A stretch of 64,000 bases of DNA from an uncultured Roseivirgaceae bacterium. GTDB lineage: Bacteria; Bacteroidota; Bacteroidia; Cytophagales; Cyclobacteriaceae. Position 1 is the stretch's first letter. Each line of letters starts with the position of its first letter. The position numbers and the translations under genes are program-made. Of the stretch, positions 9,816 to 19,730 are shown piece by piece. The notes under the pieces were generated by a model. It was not told the origin of the DNA, did not search any database, and saw nothing but the letters and a program-made list of their open reading frames with translations. The stretch is from NCBI GenBank assembly GCA_964598395.1, contig CAZRBW010000003.1, forward strand, positions 27,972 to 91,971, read 5' to 3'.

Positions 9816-10724
9816 ATGAATCAAGATTTAATAAATAAAAAAGTGGCATTGGTGCTGTCGAGTGGTGGTGCCCGTGGGGTTGCGCATATTGGTGTGATTG
9901 AAGCTTTAGAAGAATTGGGCTACGATATCCACGCCATTGCAGGTTGCTCTATAGGAGCGGTGGTTGGGGGAATTTATGCAGCAGGCAAATTACCAGAATT
10001 TAAAGAATGGCTTTGCAATTTAGATAAGGTCGACTTATTCAAGTTATTCGATTTCACTCTCAGCAGTCAGGGATTTGTGAAAGGCGAAAAGGTATTTAAG
10101 GAACTTAGAAATTTTATAGACGATTACGAAATTGAGGACTTGCGAATCCCATTCGTTTGTGTGGCAGTTGATATCCTCGGCGACGAGGAAGTGGTGTTCG
10201 ACAAAGGCAGTTTATTCGATGCCATGCGAGCATCTGCCGCGATTCCTTCCATTGTGACGCCAGTGCGTTTTGGAAATAGAATAATGGTAGACGGTGGAGT
10301 ATTAAATCCCATTCCGCTGAATCTTATCAAAAGAGTGAATGATGATGTGTTGGTTTGTGTGGATGTGAATGGTAAGGTGAAAGCTCAAAAAAATGTAAGT
10401 AAAAGGAAGCCTAAGGAAGAAAAAGAATATCAAAACAAGGTGGAGGAATTTGCCCAAAAACTGTGGGCCTTGTGGCCGAAAAGTCAAGAGGAAGAAGAAA
10501 AGAAATTTGGGATACTAGAATTGGTCACTAAGTCTTTGGACTTAATGCAGGATAAACTTTCAGATAATATTTTAGAAAAGCATCAGCCAGATATATTGGT
10601 AACGGTGCCTAGAAATACAGCGGGAACATTTGAATTTTACAAATCAGCTGAGTTGATAGACTTTGGTAAGAAATTATTTCTCAAAAACCACGAAGAATGG
10701 ATTCGAAGCAAGAAGGAAGCGTAA
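9816..10724 (+). CDS. Patatin-like phospholipase
   Basis: Has the GGxRG (SSGGARG), GxSxG (GCSIGA) and DGG motifs. Confidence 0.9.
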   Translation: MNQDLINKKVALVLSSGGARGVAHIGVIEALEELGYDIHAIAGCSIGAVVGGIYAAGKLPEFKEWLCNLDKVDLFKLFDFTLSSQGFVKGEKVFKELRNFIDDYEIEDLRIPFVCVAVDILGDEEVVFDKGSLFDAMRASAAIPSIVTPVRFGNRIMVDGGVLNPIPLNLIKRVNDDVLVCVDVNGKVKAQKNVSKRKPKEEKEYQNKVEEFAQKLWALWPKSQEEEEKKFGILELVTKSLDLMQDKLSDNILEKHQPDILVTVPRNTAGTFEFYKSAELIDFGKKLFLKNHEEWIRSKKEA

Positions 10725-11329
10725 GTCAGTTCAACCAAAGGCTAGGGAATATTGACATCTACTTGCTCGACCAAATCCTGAAAGGTCGATTTGTTGCTAG
10801 CATGAAAGTGCTAGATGCAGGTTGTGGAGAAGGCCGCAACTTAATTTGGTTTATGCAGCAGGGTTACGAAATCCACGCAATAGATCAGAATGAGAGTGCT
10901 TTGCAAATGCTCAAATACCAAATGCACAGTCTCCATAGGGAAGATTTGGTAGAGAATGTATATAAAATGGATCTTGCAGAAATGCTTTTTCCAGACAAGG
11001 CATTCAAAATAGTGATTTGCTCTGCAGTGCTTCATTTTGCAAATAATGAGCAGCATTTTGATGCCATGCTTAATGAACTCACTAGAGTAACGGCGGGAGG
11101 TGGTTATCTATTTATCAGAGCCACCACGACTAGAGGATTATCACCGGCTTCCTATCAAACTATTGGTAATGGCCGATTTTATTTGGCCGATGGCAGCGAG
11201 CGTTTTTTGATGACGGATGCACACATATCCAAACTACTAGCAATGGGTTGGGAAGCAGTAGAACCGATTAAATCTGTATTGGTAGAAGATTATCGAAGTA
11301 TGCTAGTGGCTATATTGCGAAGAAAGTAA
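10697..11329 (+). CDS. Class I SAM-dependent methyltransferase
   Basis: Motif I is VLDAGCGEGRN. 210 aa. Overlaps the patatin gene 3' end by 28 nt. Confidence 0.8.
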   Translation: MDSKQEGSVSQFNQRLGNIDIYLLDQILKGRFVASMKVLDAGCGEGRNLIWFMQQGYEIHAIDQNESALQMLKYQMHSLHREDLVENVYKMDLAEMLFPDKAFKIVICSAVLHFANNEQHFDAMLNELTRVTAGGGYLFIRATTTRGLSPASYQTIGNGRFYLADGSERFLMTDAHISKLLAMGWEAVEPIKSVLVEDYRSMLVAILRRK

Positions 11330-11340
11330 TGGTTGATTTT

Positions 11341-12003
11341 TTACTTGAGCAAGACCAATTTTCGTCTAGCAATTTTTATACTCCACATTCCTCTTAAGTC
11401 GCCCATTTCGTGGTTTAATGCATTGTCGTTTGGGTATTTCTCTTGCAGTGCTTCCAAGGTTTCTAATTGCACTTGGGTGTTCTCAATACCGTGGCAATTC
11501 AAGCAAAGCCCGTTTCCTATTACGATTGGCTTTGTATAGAGAATATAGTCGGAGCCAATTTTCTGCACATTATCGGTGAGTTCCAGCCCATTCTCCATAT
11601 TGTATTCATAAGCCTCAAGCAATGGTAGTTCAGATTCATTGGGTTGGTCTTGTGGGTTTCTCCATCTATTGCTTGCTCGTCTTACTTCCACATCATATTC
11701 TTCCGATACCGAATTCAATAGAGGTAAAGCATTTACATTACAATAGTCAATAGCGTTGGTTATTCCTCCCGCTTCTATGGCTTGCATCAACTCTTGGATC
11801 AAACTAGCTTGGGCACTGTCGGCCACTTTTCGTCCATATTCGAATGCTCGATCTATAATTTCACCGTCGCTAATTACCCTTATTTCTCTTTCATCCAATT
11901 CTTTAGCTACATCTTTGGTAATAAGTCCCTGCTGGCTTTCTGGATTTCCACAGCCAATTATTAGACATCCAATAGCAATTAAGGAGCAAATAGATTTATA
12001 CAT
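11341..12003 (-). CDS. DUF3365 (Tll0287-like) heme-c-binding lipoprotein
   Basis: Lipoprotein-type signal (LIIGC), a single CxxCH site (CLNCHG) near the C-terminus, and a size typical of DUF3365 proteins. Confidence 0.7.
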   Translation of the reverse strand: MYKSICSLIAIGCLIIGCGNPESQQGLITKDVAKELDEREIRVISDGEIIDRAFEYGRKVADSAQASLIQELMQAIEAGGITNAIDYCNVNALPLLNSVSEEYDVEVRRASNRWRNPQDQPNESELPLLEAYEYNMENGLELTDNVQKIGSDYILYTKPIVIGNGLCLNCHGIENTQVQLETLEALQEKYPNDNALNHEMGDLRGMWSIKIARRKLVLLK

Positions 12004-12086
12004 AATTCAAAGCTTTAGGTTAATAACCACGCAAAAGCAAAATTCTCTTTTCAATTTCGTAATTTTGCAGTCAATTACACAAAGAT

Positions 12087-13160
12087 ATGTTAGATAAGCT
12101 CGAAGCCATAAAAAATAGATTTGAAGAAGTTGCCGAATTCTTGGTAGATCCCAATGTAATGAGCGATGTGAAACGTTACACACAGCTCAACAAAGAGTAT
12201 AAAGATCTTGACAAGATTGTAACTAAATACCATGAGTACAAGGATGTGCTTGAAGGTATAAAAAACTGCAAGCAAATACTTGAAAAAGAGAAGGATCCAG
12301 ATTTTAGAGAAATGGCTAAGGAGGAATTGGATTTACTTTTGCCCAAAAAGGATGAGCTGGAAGAGGTGATGCGGCAAATGATGATTCCAAAGGATCCAAA
12401 TGATAGTAAAAATGCCATTTTAGAAATTCGTGCAGGAACGGGTGGAGATGAAGCAGGGATATTTGCTGGGGATTTATTCAGGATGTATCAACGATTTGCA
12501 GAAAAAATGGGATGGAGATTGAATGTGATGGATTTCACAGAAGGCTCATCTGGAGGATATAAGGAGATTGTTTGCGAGATTTCTGGCGAAGATGTTTATG
12601 GTAAAATGAAATATGAATCGGGAGTGCATAGAGTGCAACGTGTGCCTGCTACCGAAACTCAAGGTCGAGTTCATACTTCTGCAGCGACTGTTGCAGTACT
12701 ACCCGAAATGGAAGAAGTAGAAGTAAACATCGATATGAATGATGTGAGAAAAGATACTTTCTGTTCTTCTGGGCCAGGAGGTCAGTCAGTGAATACCACT
12801 TACTCCGCTGTGCGACTTACACATGGGCCAACTGGTTTGGTAGTGTCGTGTCAGGATGAAAAATCTCAGATAAAAAACTTCGAGAAGGCCCTCAAAGTAT
12901 TGCGCTCAAGGATTTACGAATTGGAGCTGAAAAAGCACAATGATGCTGTAGGCGCTCAAAGAAACTCTATGATCGGTAGCGGCGATAGAGCAGATAAAAT
13001 AAGAACGTATAATTATCCTCAAGGAAGAGTTACAGATCACCGCATCGGATATACTGTTTATAATTTACCAGTAGTAATGGAGGGAGAAATTGCCGAATTT
13101 ATCCAGCAATTACGACTAGCCGAAAATGCGGAGAAGCTAAAAGCGGGAGGTGGTGCCTAA
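12087..13160 (+). CDS. prfA: Peptide chain release factor 1
   Basis: Has the PAT tripeptide anticodon (RVPATETQGR) and the GGQ motif (SGPGGQSVN). 357 aa. Confidence 0.95.
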   Translation: MLDKLEAIKNRFEEVAEFLVDPNVMSDVKRYTQLNKEYKDLDKIVTKYHEYKDVLEGIKNCKQILEKEKDPDFREMAKEELDLLLPKKDELEEVMRQMMIPKDPNDSKNAILEIRAGTGGDEAGIFAGDLFRMYQRFAEKMGWRLNVMDFTEGSSGGYKEIVCEISGEDVYGKMKYESGVHRVQRVPATETQGRVHTSAATVAVLPEMEEVEVNIDMNDVRKDTFCSSGPGGQSVNTTYSAVRLTHGPTGLVVSCQDEKSQIKNFEKALKVLRSRIYELELKKHNDAVGAQRNSMIGSGDRADKIRTYNYPQGRVTDHRIGYTVYNLPVVMEGEIAEFIQQLRLAENAEKLKAGGGA

Positions 13161-13235
13161 GAGCTTTTTTTGGGTTGAAGGGCAATTGGAAGGAGGCATT
13201 AATTATATTGCATTTTATTAATCATTCCTTCAACG

Positions 13236-14897
13236 ATGAAAAAATTTTTACTTCCAAGTTTAGTTCTTTTAGCTTTTATCTTTGGTTTTGGTATTGCGAA
13301 ATATCAAAGCGAAATCACAATTGAAAGCATAGCCGAAGCAGAGAAAATTCTAGGTTTAGAATTTAATGATGCTAAGCGTAACCAAATGCTCAATAGCCTC
13401 AAATCCAATAAAGCATCGCTGGAAGCATTGCATGGTTATCAGCTCGATAACAACACGCCTCCTGCGATGGTTTTCAATCCACTACCCGTTGGATTCCAGG
13501 TTCCTTCGCAGCAGACAGCTATTAATTGGAATATCCCAAGCAATGTGGAAATGCCAGCAAATAAGGATGAGTTGGCATTTATGGGTATTGCTAATCTTGC
13601 TTCTCTTATTCAAAACAAGAAAATTACTTCTGTAGAATTAACCCAATTCTTTATCGACAGGCTCAAAGCCTATGGCGATACGCTAGAATGCGTGGTGACC
13701 ATCACGGAGGAAAGAGCAATGGAAATGGCTCAGAAGGCAGATAGAGAAATCGCTGCTGGCAATTATAAGGGGCCTCTTCATGGAATACCTTATGGAGTAA
13801 AGGATCTGTTTGCGGTAGAAGGTTATAAAACGACCTGGGGTGCTATGCCTTACAAAGATCAAATTCGCGAGGAAACGGCTACGGTGGTACAAAAACTAGA
13901 TGAAGCTGGCGCAGTATTAATTGCAAAGCTTACTCTTGGTGCTTTGGCGATGGGCGATGTTTGGTATGACGGTGTCACCAAAAATCCATGGAATATGGAG
14001 CAAGGTTCGAGTGGTTCATCTGCTGGATCGGCTTCAGCCGTGGCGGCAGGTTTGGTGCCATTTGCTTTGGGCACGGAAACTCTTGGTTCTATTGTGTCAC
14101 CATCCACGCGCTGTGGAGTTACGGGTTTGCGCCCAACCTTTGGTAGAGTAAGTAGGGCAGGAGGAATGGCACTGAGCTGGAGTATGGACAAAGTTGGTCC
14201 AATGGCTAGAAATGCAAAAGATTTAGCCATTGTTTTCGACGCAATACAAGGAGTGGATGGTTTGGATCCTTCCTTGATATCATCAGCATTCAATTACGAT
14301 TCGAGTAAAGATTTGAGTCAGCTAAAAGTGGGCTACATCAAAAGCTTTTTCGATGGGCAGTATAGAGGGAATGAATTTGATAAACAGGTGTTGAAGGATT
14401 TGGAGTCTCTAGGAGTAGAATTGCGGGAGGTTAATTGGGACTTTGAATTGCCAATTGCTGCCTTAAGAATAATCCTGAATGCCGAAGCTGGCGCAGCATT
14501 CGATGAATTGACTCGCACAGGTATGGATAGTTTGTTAGTAGCTCAAGGCAATAATGCTTGGCCGAATATATTTCGGTCTTCTAGGTTTATTTCCGCCGCC
14601 GATTATATCAATGCTAATAGAGTACGCACCGAGTTAATTCAGCAAGTAAATGCCTTGATGCAAGATTTTGATGTAATTGTAACCCCGAGCTACGGAGGAA
14701 GTCAGTTGCTGGTGACTAATCTCACTGGGCAGCCATGTTTGGTCGCTCCAAATGGCTTTTTCGATAATGGGAGTCCGTCCAGTATTTCATTTATTGGTAA
14801 TCTATTCGAAGAGGAGAAATTGATTAAACTAGCAAGCGCTTGGCAAGAAATTACTGAGCATAATAAATTGCAACCACCTATGTTTGCCAGTAATTAA
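13236..14897 (+). CDS. Amidase (amidase-signature family), secreted
   Basis: Signal peptide plus the Gly/Ser-rich amidase signature (GSSGSSAGSASAVAAG). 553 aa. Confidence 0.9.
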   Translation: MKKFLLPSLVLLAFIFGFGIAKYQSEITIESIAEAEKILGLEFNDAKRNQMLNSLKSNKASLEALHGYQLDNNTPPAMVFNPLPVGFQVPSQQTAINWNIPSNVEMPANKDELAFMGIANLASLIQNKKITSVELTQFFIDRLKAYGDTLECVVTITEERAMEMAQKADREIAAGNYKGPLHGIPYGVKDLFAVEGYKTTWGAMPYKDQIREETATVVQKLDEAGAVLIAKLTLGALAMGDVWYDGVTKNPWNMEQGSSGSSAGSASAVAAGLVPFALGTETLGSIVSPSTRCGVTGLRPTFGRVSRAGGMALSWSMDKVGPMARNAKDLAIVFDAIQGVDGLDPSLISSAFNYDSSKDLSQLKVGYIKSFFDGQYRGNEFDKQVLKDLESLGVELREVNWDFELPIAALRIILNAEAGAAFDELTRTGMDSLLVAQGNNAWPNIFRSSRFISAADYINANRVRTELIQQVNALMQDFDVIVTPSYGGSQLLVTNLTGQPCLVAPNGFFDNGSPSSISFIGNLFEEEKLIKLASAWQEITEHNKLQPPMFASN

Positions 14898-14915
14898 TGG
14901 AATTAAAAAAAATAG

Positions 14916-15527
14916 TTAAAATGGCTCTCCAAGGAGCCATTTTTCATTTTGGCTTGAGCTAATAGAGATCAATCCGCTGGCAGTAGTGCAAATTTGATTA
15001 TCCGAAATTCGCGAAAAGTTTCCTTGAATATTCAAGGCCTCCCGTTTGGCTGACATCAAATTTAAAGTGGTATTAGCAGGCAGCCATTTTTCGAATTTCA
15101 AGTCGATTGGCAAATGCCATTTGATGTTTTGGGAGAAAATCACGATTTGAGAATGCTGAGATTCAAATAATAGGAAATCAATAGATAAAGTATTTGCAGT
15201 ATCGAATACATTGAGATTCCTCCCGCCATTTTTTTCGACAATACTCAGTGATTTATGAATCAAATGATCTGTTGGCACTATTTCGAATAACGAAATATTC
15301 CATTGCATTTCTATCAATTCTAATATGAGTTCTCTATTCACTTTTTGACAAAGTACCGCATCGATTTTTATTTCCTTCTCAAGGATATCGGCAAATACAT
15401 TTTCATGTACGATCACATAAGGCGCCCATTCTAGCAAGGATTCCAATTTCTCAATATCATTCTCCTTCAGCGAAAGAATGAGCAATGCTGGCTCTTGAAA
15501 TTCTTTAACAAAGTGATGGGAAGACAT
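14916..15527 (-). CDS. Hypothetical protein, weakly thiamine-pyrophosphokinase-like
   Basis: 203-aa ORF downstream of the TPP-riboswitch-controlled receptor. It has a TPK-like size and layout and a GGR motif (NGGRNL), but I see no GDFDS motif. The functional call is weak. Confidence 0.4.
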   Translation of the reverse strand: MSSHHFVKEFQEPALLILSLKENDIEKLESLLEWAPYVIVHENVFADILEKEIKIDAVLCQKVNRELILELIEMQWNISLFEIVPTDHLIHKSLSIVEKNGGRNLNVFDTANTLSIDFLLFESQHSQIVIFSQNIKWHLPIDLKFEKWLPANTTLNLMSAKREALNIQGNFSRISDNQICTTASGLISISSSQNEKWLLGEPF

Positions 15528-15586
15528 TTGATTGATTAATTGATTTCTGCAATAATAAGAAATGAATTGGGAATGAAAGGCAATAA

Positions 15587-15619
15587 AAAAGGCTGACAGA
15601 AATAATCCATCAGCCTTAA
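15587..15619 (-). terminator. Rho-independent terminator after the TonB-dependent receptor
   Basis: On the minus strand, hairpin aaggctga/tcagcctt followed by TTTTTT. Confidence 0.7.
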
Positions 15620-15636
15620 GAAAGAGATTAAGTTTT

Positions 15637-18087
15637 TCAGAAATCGAAGCTTAACCCTATCATGAAATTTCTACCTGCCATTGGGTAGTAGAAGTTTTCC
15701 TGCACCCGCTCACCGCCAGCTATATAGCCGAAAGTATATCCATTTGGCTCGTATTCTATATCAAATATATTGTTGAGCATAAAGGTAAATCGAGTGCTTT
15801 TGATGTGTTTGGAACGGATCAAATAATTGAAGCGTAGATTTTGGACAAAAAAGGCATCCAATTTTCGATTTTGGTTGGAAGTATTATCCAAAAATTGATC
15901 TCCTACATATTTATTAACTAATGCGATTTCCAAATCGCGGGAGGGTTGATAAGCTAATGTAGCTCCACCAATCCACTCTGGACTTAGCGCGATATTGGTG
16001 TTGCCATGAGCAATTTCTTGCTGACCTCCCGCATCATAATCGTCCACATATTCTACAAAGTCGATAATCCTGTTTTTGCTCCAGGCAAGGTTAGCTGCCA
16101 AAGTCCATTTGCTATTCAATTGGAAACTACCATCCAATTCGATACCTGCGCGGTAGCTATCATCTACATTGGTACGGTTGTATGCGCCTACGTCATTTAC
16201 TTGGCCTGTTATTACCAATTGATTTTTGTAGAGCATCAGAAAGTGATTTGCTGTGAAGCTGAATCGCTCATTTCTCCAACGAATACCTGCTTCCACATTT
16301 TGCATTGATTCTGCTTTTGGTCGACTATCTGGCGAAGATTCCGTAAGGTCGCGACGAACTGGCTCTCTGTTACCTACACTGTAGCTAGCATATAGCATAG
16401 TGTTGGCATTTGCTTCGAATGTTGCACCAGCTTTTGGATTGAAGAAAGCAAAATCCACATCCTGTGTAATATTAGTGAGATTGCGATCGAAACCTAAGAA
16501 TGTGTAATTGATGGTGCGCAATTGCAAATCGCCAAAGAGGTTCAACTTGTTAGTAAGCTGATAATTTGCTTTGGTAAATATGTTAAAATCCGTTTTGAGG
16601 CCATTGTTATCGTAATAGCGATCACCTGGTGTGATGGTATTTCCAAGGAATCTTCCCCACATTACCTCACCATAATGGTCTCCATCATATCTATTCCAAG
16701 CGCCACCTACGGTTACTTCTAGCTTATCGTCTGGACGATAAGTGCCACTGAAAGTGGTTCCGTAAAAGTGATTGTCCAGCCACCTGCGTCTCACTAGGTC
16801 GGTTCTACTTATTGTTTCGTCGCCAATGGTGATGGCAGGCAGATTGTAATTCGATAGTCGGTCATTAAATCGAAACTGCTCGAAATAGCCTCTGCCACGC
16901 GTGTAGTGTAGAGCCGCATTGAAAGTGAATTGAGGGTTTGCTTCCAACGCATAAATAAGCTGATAATGATCTTGCTGATAATTGTCAACTTGATTGTTGT
17001 ACTCATAGAAATTGTAGGTACGGCTATCGCTATTAAGCAAGTTTTGTTGCTGCTGCTCATTCAAGCCATTGCGATCAATATAGGCTAGCATTTCTTCACG
17101 ATTACCTCTAAGTCTCGATTCGGGAGTTCCTTCCCAAGCTTGGTAGGTTTCTTCAGCTCCTGAAAATACATTTAGCTTCAAAAGGCTTTTTTTGCCATGG
17201 TAGCCACCAGAAAGATAAAATGATTTCAAATCAGATCTAGCTCTATCAAGAAATCCATCTGACGAGATTCTTGACAATCGCGCATCGAAAGTGAATTTAT
17301 CGTTGATTAAGCCTGTGCCGACTCTCACAGTATTTTTCCAGCTATTGAATGAGCCTACCGAATTATCAATCTGAGCATAAGCCTCCTGATTGATTAGGTC
17401 GGTTTGGATATTGATTGATGCGCCAAATGCGGCAGCTCCATTTGTGGAAGTGCCTACCCCACGCTGTATTTGGATATTCTCCACTGAAGACGCAAAGTCG
17501 GGCATATTTACCCAAAATACTCCATGCGATTCAGAGTCATTGATTGGGATTCCATTTACCGTCACGTTTACTCTTGTGGCGTCGCTGCCTCGTATTCGCA
17601 GGCCTGTGTATCCAATACCCGCTCCCGCATCGGAATGGGTGACAATAGAGGGAGTTTGGTCTAGCAATATTGGGATATCTTGTCCCAAATTCTGCTTTTG
17701 AATTTCTTTTCTATTGACTGTGGTAAAGGTTGCAGGAGTCTTGTCAGAGGCTCTTGTGGCAAATACAATCACTTCTTGTCCAAGCAATTCGCTCTGTTCC
17801 AATTCGAAAGTAGGCCTTCCAGTTAGGTTGGCGGGTACATTCTGAATCAGCGTTTTGTAACCGACAAAGGAGATTTTGAGGGTGAAATCGCTTTCTGGAG
17901 CATTTGAAATAATGAAATTACCTTCTAAATCGGAAACTGCTCCAAATCGAGTTCCTTCAATAGTGATGTTGGCATTGGGTAATGCCAATTTAGTTTCCTT
18001 ATCGATTACCTTCCCTTCAAATGAAGTTTGGGCAAAGGAAACAACTGAGCCAAGGCAAATTGCCAGGCAGATAACGTACTTAAACAT
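15637..18087 (-). CDS. TonB-dependent receptor (candidate thiamine/thiamine-precursor outer-membrane transporter)
   Basis: Has a signal peptide (MFKYVICLAICLGSVVSFAQ), a CarboxypepD_reg-like N-domain, a plug, a long beta-barrel and a terminal ...LSFDF. The track ORF extends to 18111 (alternative ATG). A TPP riboswitch lies directly upstream. Confidence 0.9.
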   Translation of the reverse strand: MFKYVICLAICLGSVVSFAQTSFEGKVIDKETKLALPNANITIEGTRFGAVSDLEGNFIISNAPESDFTLKISFVGYKTLIQNVPANLTGRPTFELEQSELLGQEVIVFATRASDKTPATFTTVNRKEIQKQNLGQDIPILLDQTPSIVTHSDAGAGIGYTGLRIRGSDATRVNVTVNGIPINDSESHGVFWVNMPDFASSVENIQIQRGVGTSTNGAAAFGASINIQTDLINQEAYAQIDNSVGSFNSWKNTVRVGTGLINDKFTFDARLSRISSDGFLDRARSDLKSFYLSGGYHGKKSLLKLNVFSGAEETYQAWEGTPESRLRGNREEMLAYIDRNGLNEQQQQNLLNSDSRTYNFYEYNNQVDNYQQDHYQLIYALEANPQFTFNAALHYTRGRGYFEQFRFNDRLSNYNLPAITIGDETISRTDLVRRRWLDNHFYGTTFSGTYRPDDKLEVTVGGAWNRYDGDHYGEVMWGRFLGNTITPGDRYYDNNGLKTDFNIFTKANYQLTNKLNLFGDLQLRTINYTFLGFDRNLTNITQDVDFAFFNPKAGATFEANANTMLYASYSVGNREPVRRDLTESSPDSRPKAESMQNVEAGIRWRNERFSFTANHFLMLYKNQLVITGQVNDVGAYNRTNVDDSYRAGIELDGSFQLNSKWTLAANLAWSKNRIIDFVEYVDDYDAGGQQEIAHGNTNIALSPEWIGGATLAYQPSRDLEIALVNKYVGDQFLDNTSNQNRKLDAFFVQNLRFNYLIRSKHIKSTRFTFMLNNIFDIEYEPNGYTFGYIAGGERVQENFYYPMAGRNFMIGLSFDF

Positions 18088-18112
18088 GTTAGAAATTTTT
18101 AGGTGAAACATT

Positions 18113-18235
18113 GCGAAGCATCTAAGGGGCAGATGCTTCCTTTATTTGTTTTACCATACCTCCCTTCGACCGCATTACCGGCATCAGGTTCAATGGGTAT
18201 AATCTCAGCCCGAAATGTTAGGGCACCCCTTATTC
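18113..18235 (-). promoter_or_regulatory. TPP (THI-box) riboswitch with downstream hairpin
   Basis: The minus strand reads AGGGGTGCCC..GGCTGAGATTATACCCATTGAACCTGATGCCGGTAATGCGGTCGAAGGGAGG. This contains the conserved CUGAGA, ACCC, GAACCUGAU and GGUAAU elements of the THI element. A perfect 9-bp hairpin (GAAGCATCT/AGATGCTTC, 18115-18139) follows, just before the receptor start. Confidence 0.85.
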
Positions 18236-18240
18236 TGCTG

Positions 18241-18271
18241 CAAATGTACGCCTATTTGCTTTTAGTGCAAA
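18241..18271 (-). promoter_or_regulatory. Putative Bacteroidota-type promoter (-33 TTTG / -7 TAcaTTTG) for the riboswitch-receptor transcript
   Basis: The minus strand reads TTTGcactaaaagcaaataggcgTACATTTG, with 19-nt spacing, ending about 8 nt before the riboswitch. The -33 element lies inside the 3' end of the upstream ATPase gene. Confidence 0.4.
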
Positions 18272-18771
18272 TTTCCAATTACTTTTAAAGCACTTTCCAG
18301 TCTTTCGTTTTCTTTACCTTTAATGATTGTGTAAGGGAGCCTACGCTTTTTACACTCTTCCAGATAGATATTGAAGAAGTAATTTCTAAGTTCAGGATGT
18401 TCACGCTGAGGATCTTCCACCCAGGGTGTGTCGATGTACATCAAGAAGTAATGATCGTATGTTCGAGCTCTCAATTCTCTTTCGATCCAGCCTTCCACTT
18501 GTTTGAAACGGTGTAAGCTCCAGATTTTGATTACCGTAAGATCCGTATCACAGATCAAAAGCGGGGGGTTAGATTCTGCTAATTTATCTTCACTAGAAAT
18601 TTGCCCTTTGGCAATTTCAGATAAGTCGCTGTATTTATATTCTCTATTTAAGTTTTTAAGATATTCACGTGCAAATTCAGGTACTAATGGAAACGAAAGT
18701 TCATTTGAGAGTTGATTCGCAAGTGTGCTTTTGCCCGTAGATTCTGGGCCTATTATGGCAATTTTTTTCAT
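18262..18771 (-). CDS. AAA-type ATPase resembling the NadR C-terminal ribosylnicotinamide kinase domain
   Basis: P-loop GPESTGKST. 169 aa. Positioned immediately downstream of pnuC, as in pnuC-nadR pairs. Confidence 0.7.
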   Translation of the reverse strand: MKKIAIIGPESTGKSTLANQLSNELSFPLVPEFAREYLKNLNREYKYSDLSEIAKGQISSEDKLAESNPPLLICDTDLTVIKIWSLHRFKQVEGWIERELRARTYDHYFLMYIDTPWVEDPQREHPELRNYFFNIYLEECKKRRLPYTIIKGKENERLESALKVIGNLH

Positions 18772-18776
18772 ATATT

Positions 18777-19385
18777 CTATTTGACACTAAGTTCTCGACG
18801 CCATCGGGTGTAACCCAATATGGCAAGGATTAAAAAAATTATAAATTGAAAGGAAGTTAATATTAGTCCCTTATGGAAGTACAACGGAATAGAAAGCAAA
18901 TTAGTGAAAATCCAGGCGATCCAATTTTCCAATTTCTTTTTTGCCATCAATAACATAGCCACAAAAGCCATGGAGGTGGTAAGTGCATCCCAATAGGGCA
19001 CATCGCTATCAGTGAAGTTGATTAATGCATAGGTAATTATTGCAAAAGAACCAATGAGTGTTGCAATACTTATGGCCCACTCTTTTGGGCTATTGGTGGT
19101 GATTGGCAAGAAGTTATTGTTCAAATCCTTTCTTGACCAAAGGTACCAGCCGTAAATGCTCATGATAAAATAATAGGCATTAATACCAACATCTGCATAT
19201 AGTTTGGCACCAAAGCAAATATATACGTAAATCAATACGCTAATGATCCCTGTTGGGAAAACGAGTATATTTTCAAGTCTAGAATACCAAACACTAAGTA
19301 ATCCAAAAAATACTGCTGTGGCCTCAAGTAAGGTAATTTGTTTAACACCCTCCCGCAATCCGTCCCAGATTACATTTACTTCCAT
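18777..19385 (-). CDS. pnuC: PnuC-family (nicotinamide riboside / vitamin) transporter
   Basis: 202-aa polytopic membrane protein with Trp-rich helices typical of the Pnu family. Substrate (NR versus thiamine) cannot be decided from sequence alone. Confidence 0.8.
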   Translation of the reverse strand: MEVNVIWDGLREGVKQITLLEATAVFFGLLSVWYSRLENILVFPTGIISVLIYVYICFGAKLYADVGINAYYFIMSIYGWYLWSRKDLNNNFLPITTNSPKEWAISIATLIGSFAIITYALINFTDSDVPYWDALTTSMAFVAMLLMAKKKLENWIAWIFTNLLSIPLYFHKGLILTSFQFIIFLILAILGYTRWRRELSVK

Positions 19386-19730
19386 GCCGCAAAAATAGTG
19401 TAATGTTTAATCGGATTGCTAATTAGATTGAATTTTAGATAAGTTTAGAAAAATGCGCCATTCAAATCAATATTTCACTTTTTAATATAAAGCCTAGAAA
19501 AAAGTAATTCTAAATAGCTAAATTGTACCTCGTTTAAATGGAATGACTCGTGCCAATTTGTATTAAGAAAAAGCATCCCAATAGGGTAAGGATCTAGTCA
19601 ATGCAACCTGTATGCAGTTTATTCTGTTTTTCTGTTCAAAATCAAAACATTATTAAGGGTTTAAGAGATTATTAATTAAGTTTGGAGTCTCTTTTGCTTT
19701 ATCGCAATTATTAACTGGTATAACGGAGAA

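Noticed and set aside
19386-19730. Possible riboswitch (NAD+ or TPP) upstream of pnuC in the 345-bp divergent intergenic region.
   Set aside because: The sequence is AT-rich, and I could not find conserved THI-box or other GC-rich paired elements on either strand.
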